From: Macrostomum lignano
Lineage: Eukaryota
Length of the DNA stretch: 64,000 bases
Reading direction: 5' to 3'
Assembly (NCBI GenBank): GCA_002269645.1
Contig: NIVC01002407.1
Location: 1 to 64,000, forward strand
The notes below the pieces were generated by a model, which was not told the DNA's origin, ran no database searches, and saw only the letters and a list, made by a program, of their open reading frames with translations. Both the position numbers and the translations under genes were made by a program. Of this stretch, positions 63,721 through 64,000 are shown one piece after another. Position 1 is the first letter of the stretch. Each line of letters starts with the position of its first letter.

Positions 63721-63903
63721 AGTTCTAGATCAATAGAATCTGGATAGGAAACCTCTTGCCGCAGCAATGGAGTTTTAGATCAATAGAATCTGGATAGGAA
63801 ACCTCTTGCCGCAGCAATGGAGTTCTAGATCAATAGAATCTGGAGAGGAAACCTCTTGCCGCAGCAATGGAGTTCTAGATCAATAGAATCTGGGGAGGAA
63901 ACT
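63721..63903. repeat. 50-bp tandem repeat (~3.7 copies)
   Basis: AGTT(C/T)TAGATCAATAGAATC at 63721, 63771, 63821, 63871. Confidence 0.9.
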
Positions 63904-64000
63904 CAATACTCATTCTGATGTTAATGATTTACCATAGTGAATTCTGATAATTTTTTACATTCTAAGAGTTGCGAAACTTATGGTTCGTAATTTTGATACT

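Overview
Eukaryotic (metazoan) genomic DNA: GT-AG introns, GC-rich exons in an AT-rich background, TTAGGG repeats and many satellites. A free-living flatworm such as Macrostomum is a plausible source, but that is inference only. Host genes: a 4-exon HIBCH (11202-8363, -), a 2-exon orphan class A GPCR (42871-44304, +), and a cluster of five small secreted-protein genes from two families. Three are two-repeat Cys-rich proteins I cannot assign to a family, two of them in a near-perfect 1.05-kb inverted duplication; two are stand-alone single-CUB proteins. The dominant structure is a ~24.7-kb head-to-tail train of five Helitrons (12797-37495) in a single A|T site that splits a decayed Ty3/Gypsy protease region. 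One unit is a ~10.8-kb autonomous-type Helitron with a 9-exon STPR-repeat/OTU/Zn-finger/HUH-Rep/PIF1-helicase gene and one frameshift. Three units carry a 23-bp satellite behind a shared head with a tRNA-like segment, and one array has a 940-bp higher-order repeat. Also present: a Merlin transposon with an 8-bp TSD, an inverted Penelope-like fragment with a hammerhead-like motif, a 5'-truncated LINE with a 14-bp TSD, a rearranged Tc1 derivative, a tRNA-derived SINE, a TIR element and many mini/microsatellites. All alignments and translations were done by eye; no database searches were run.
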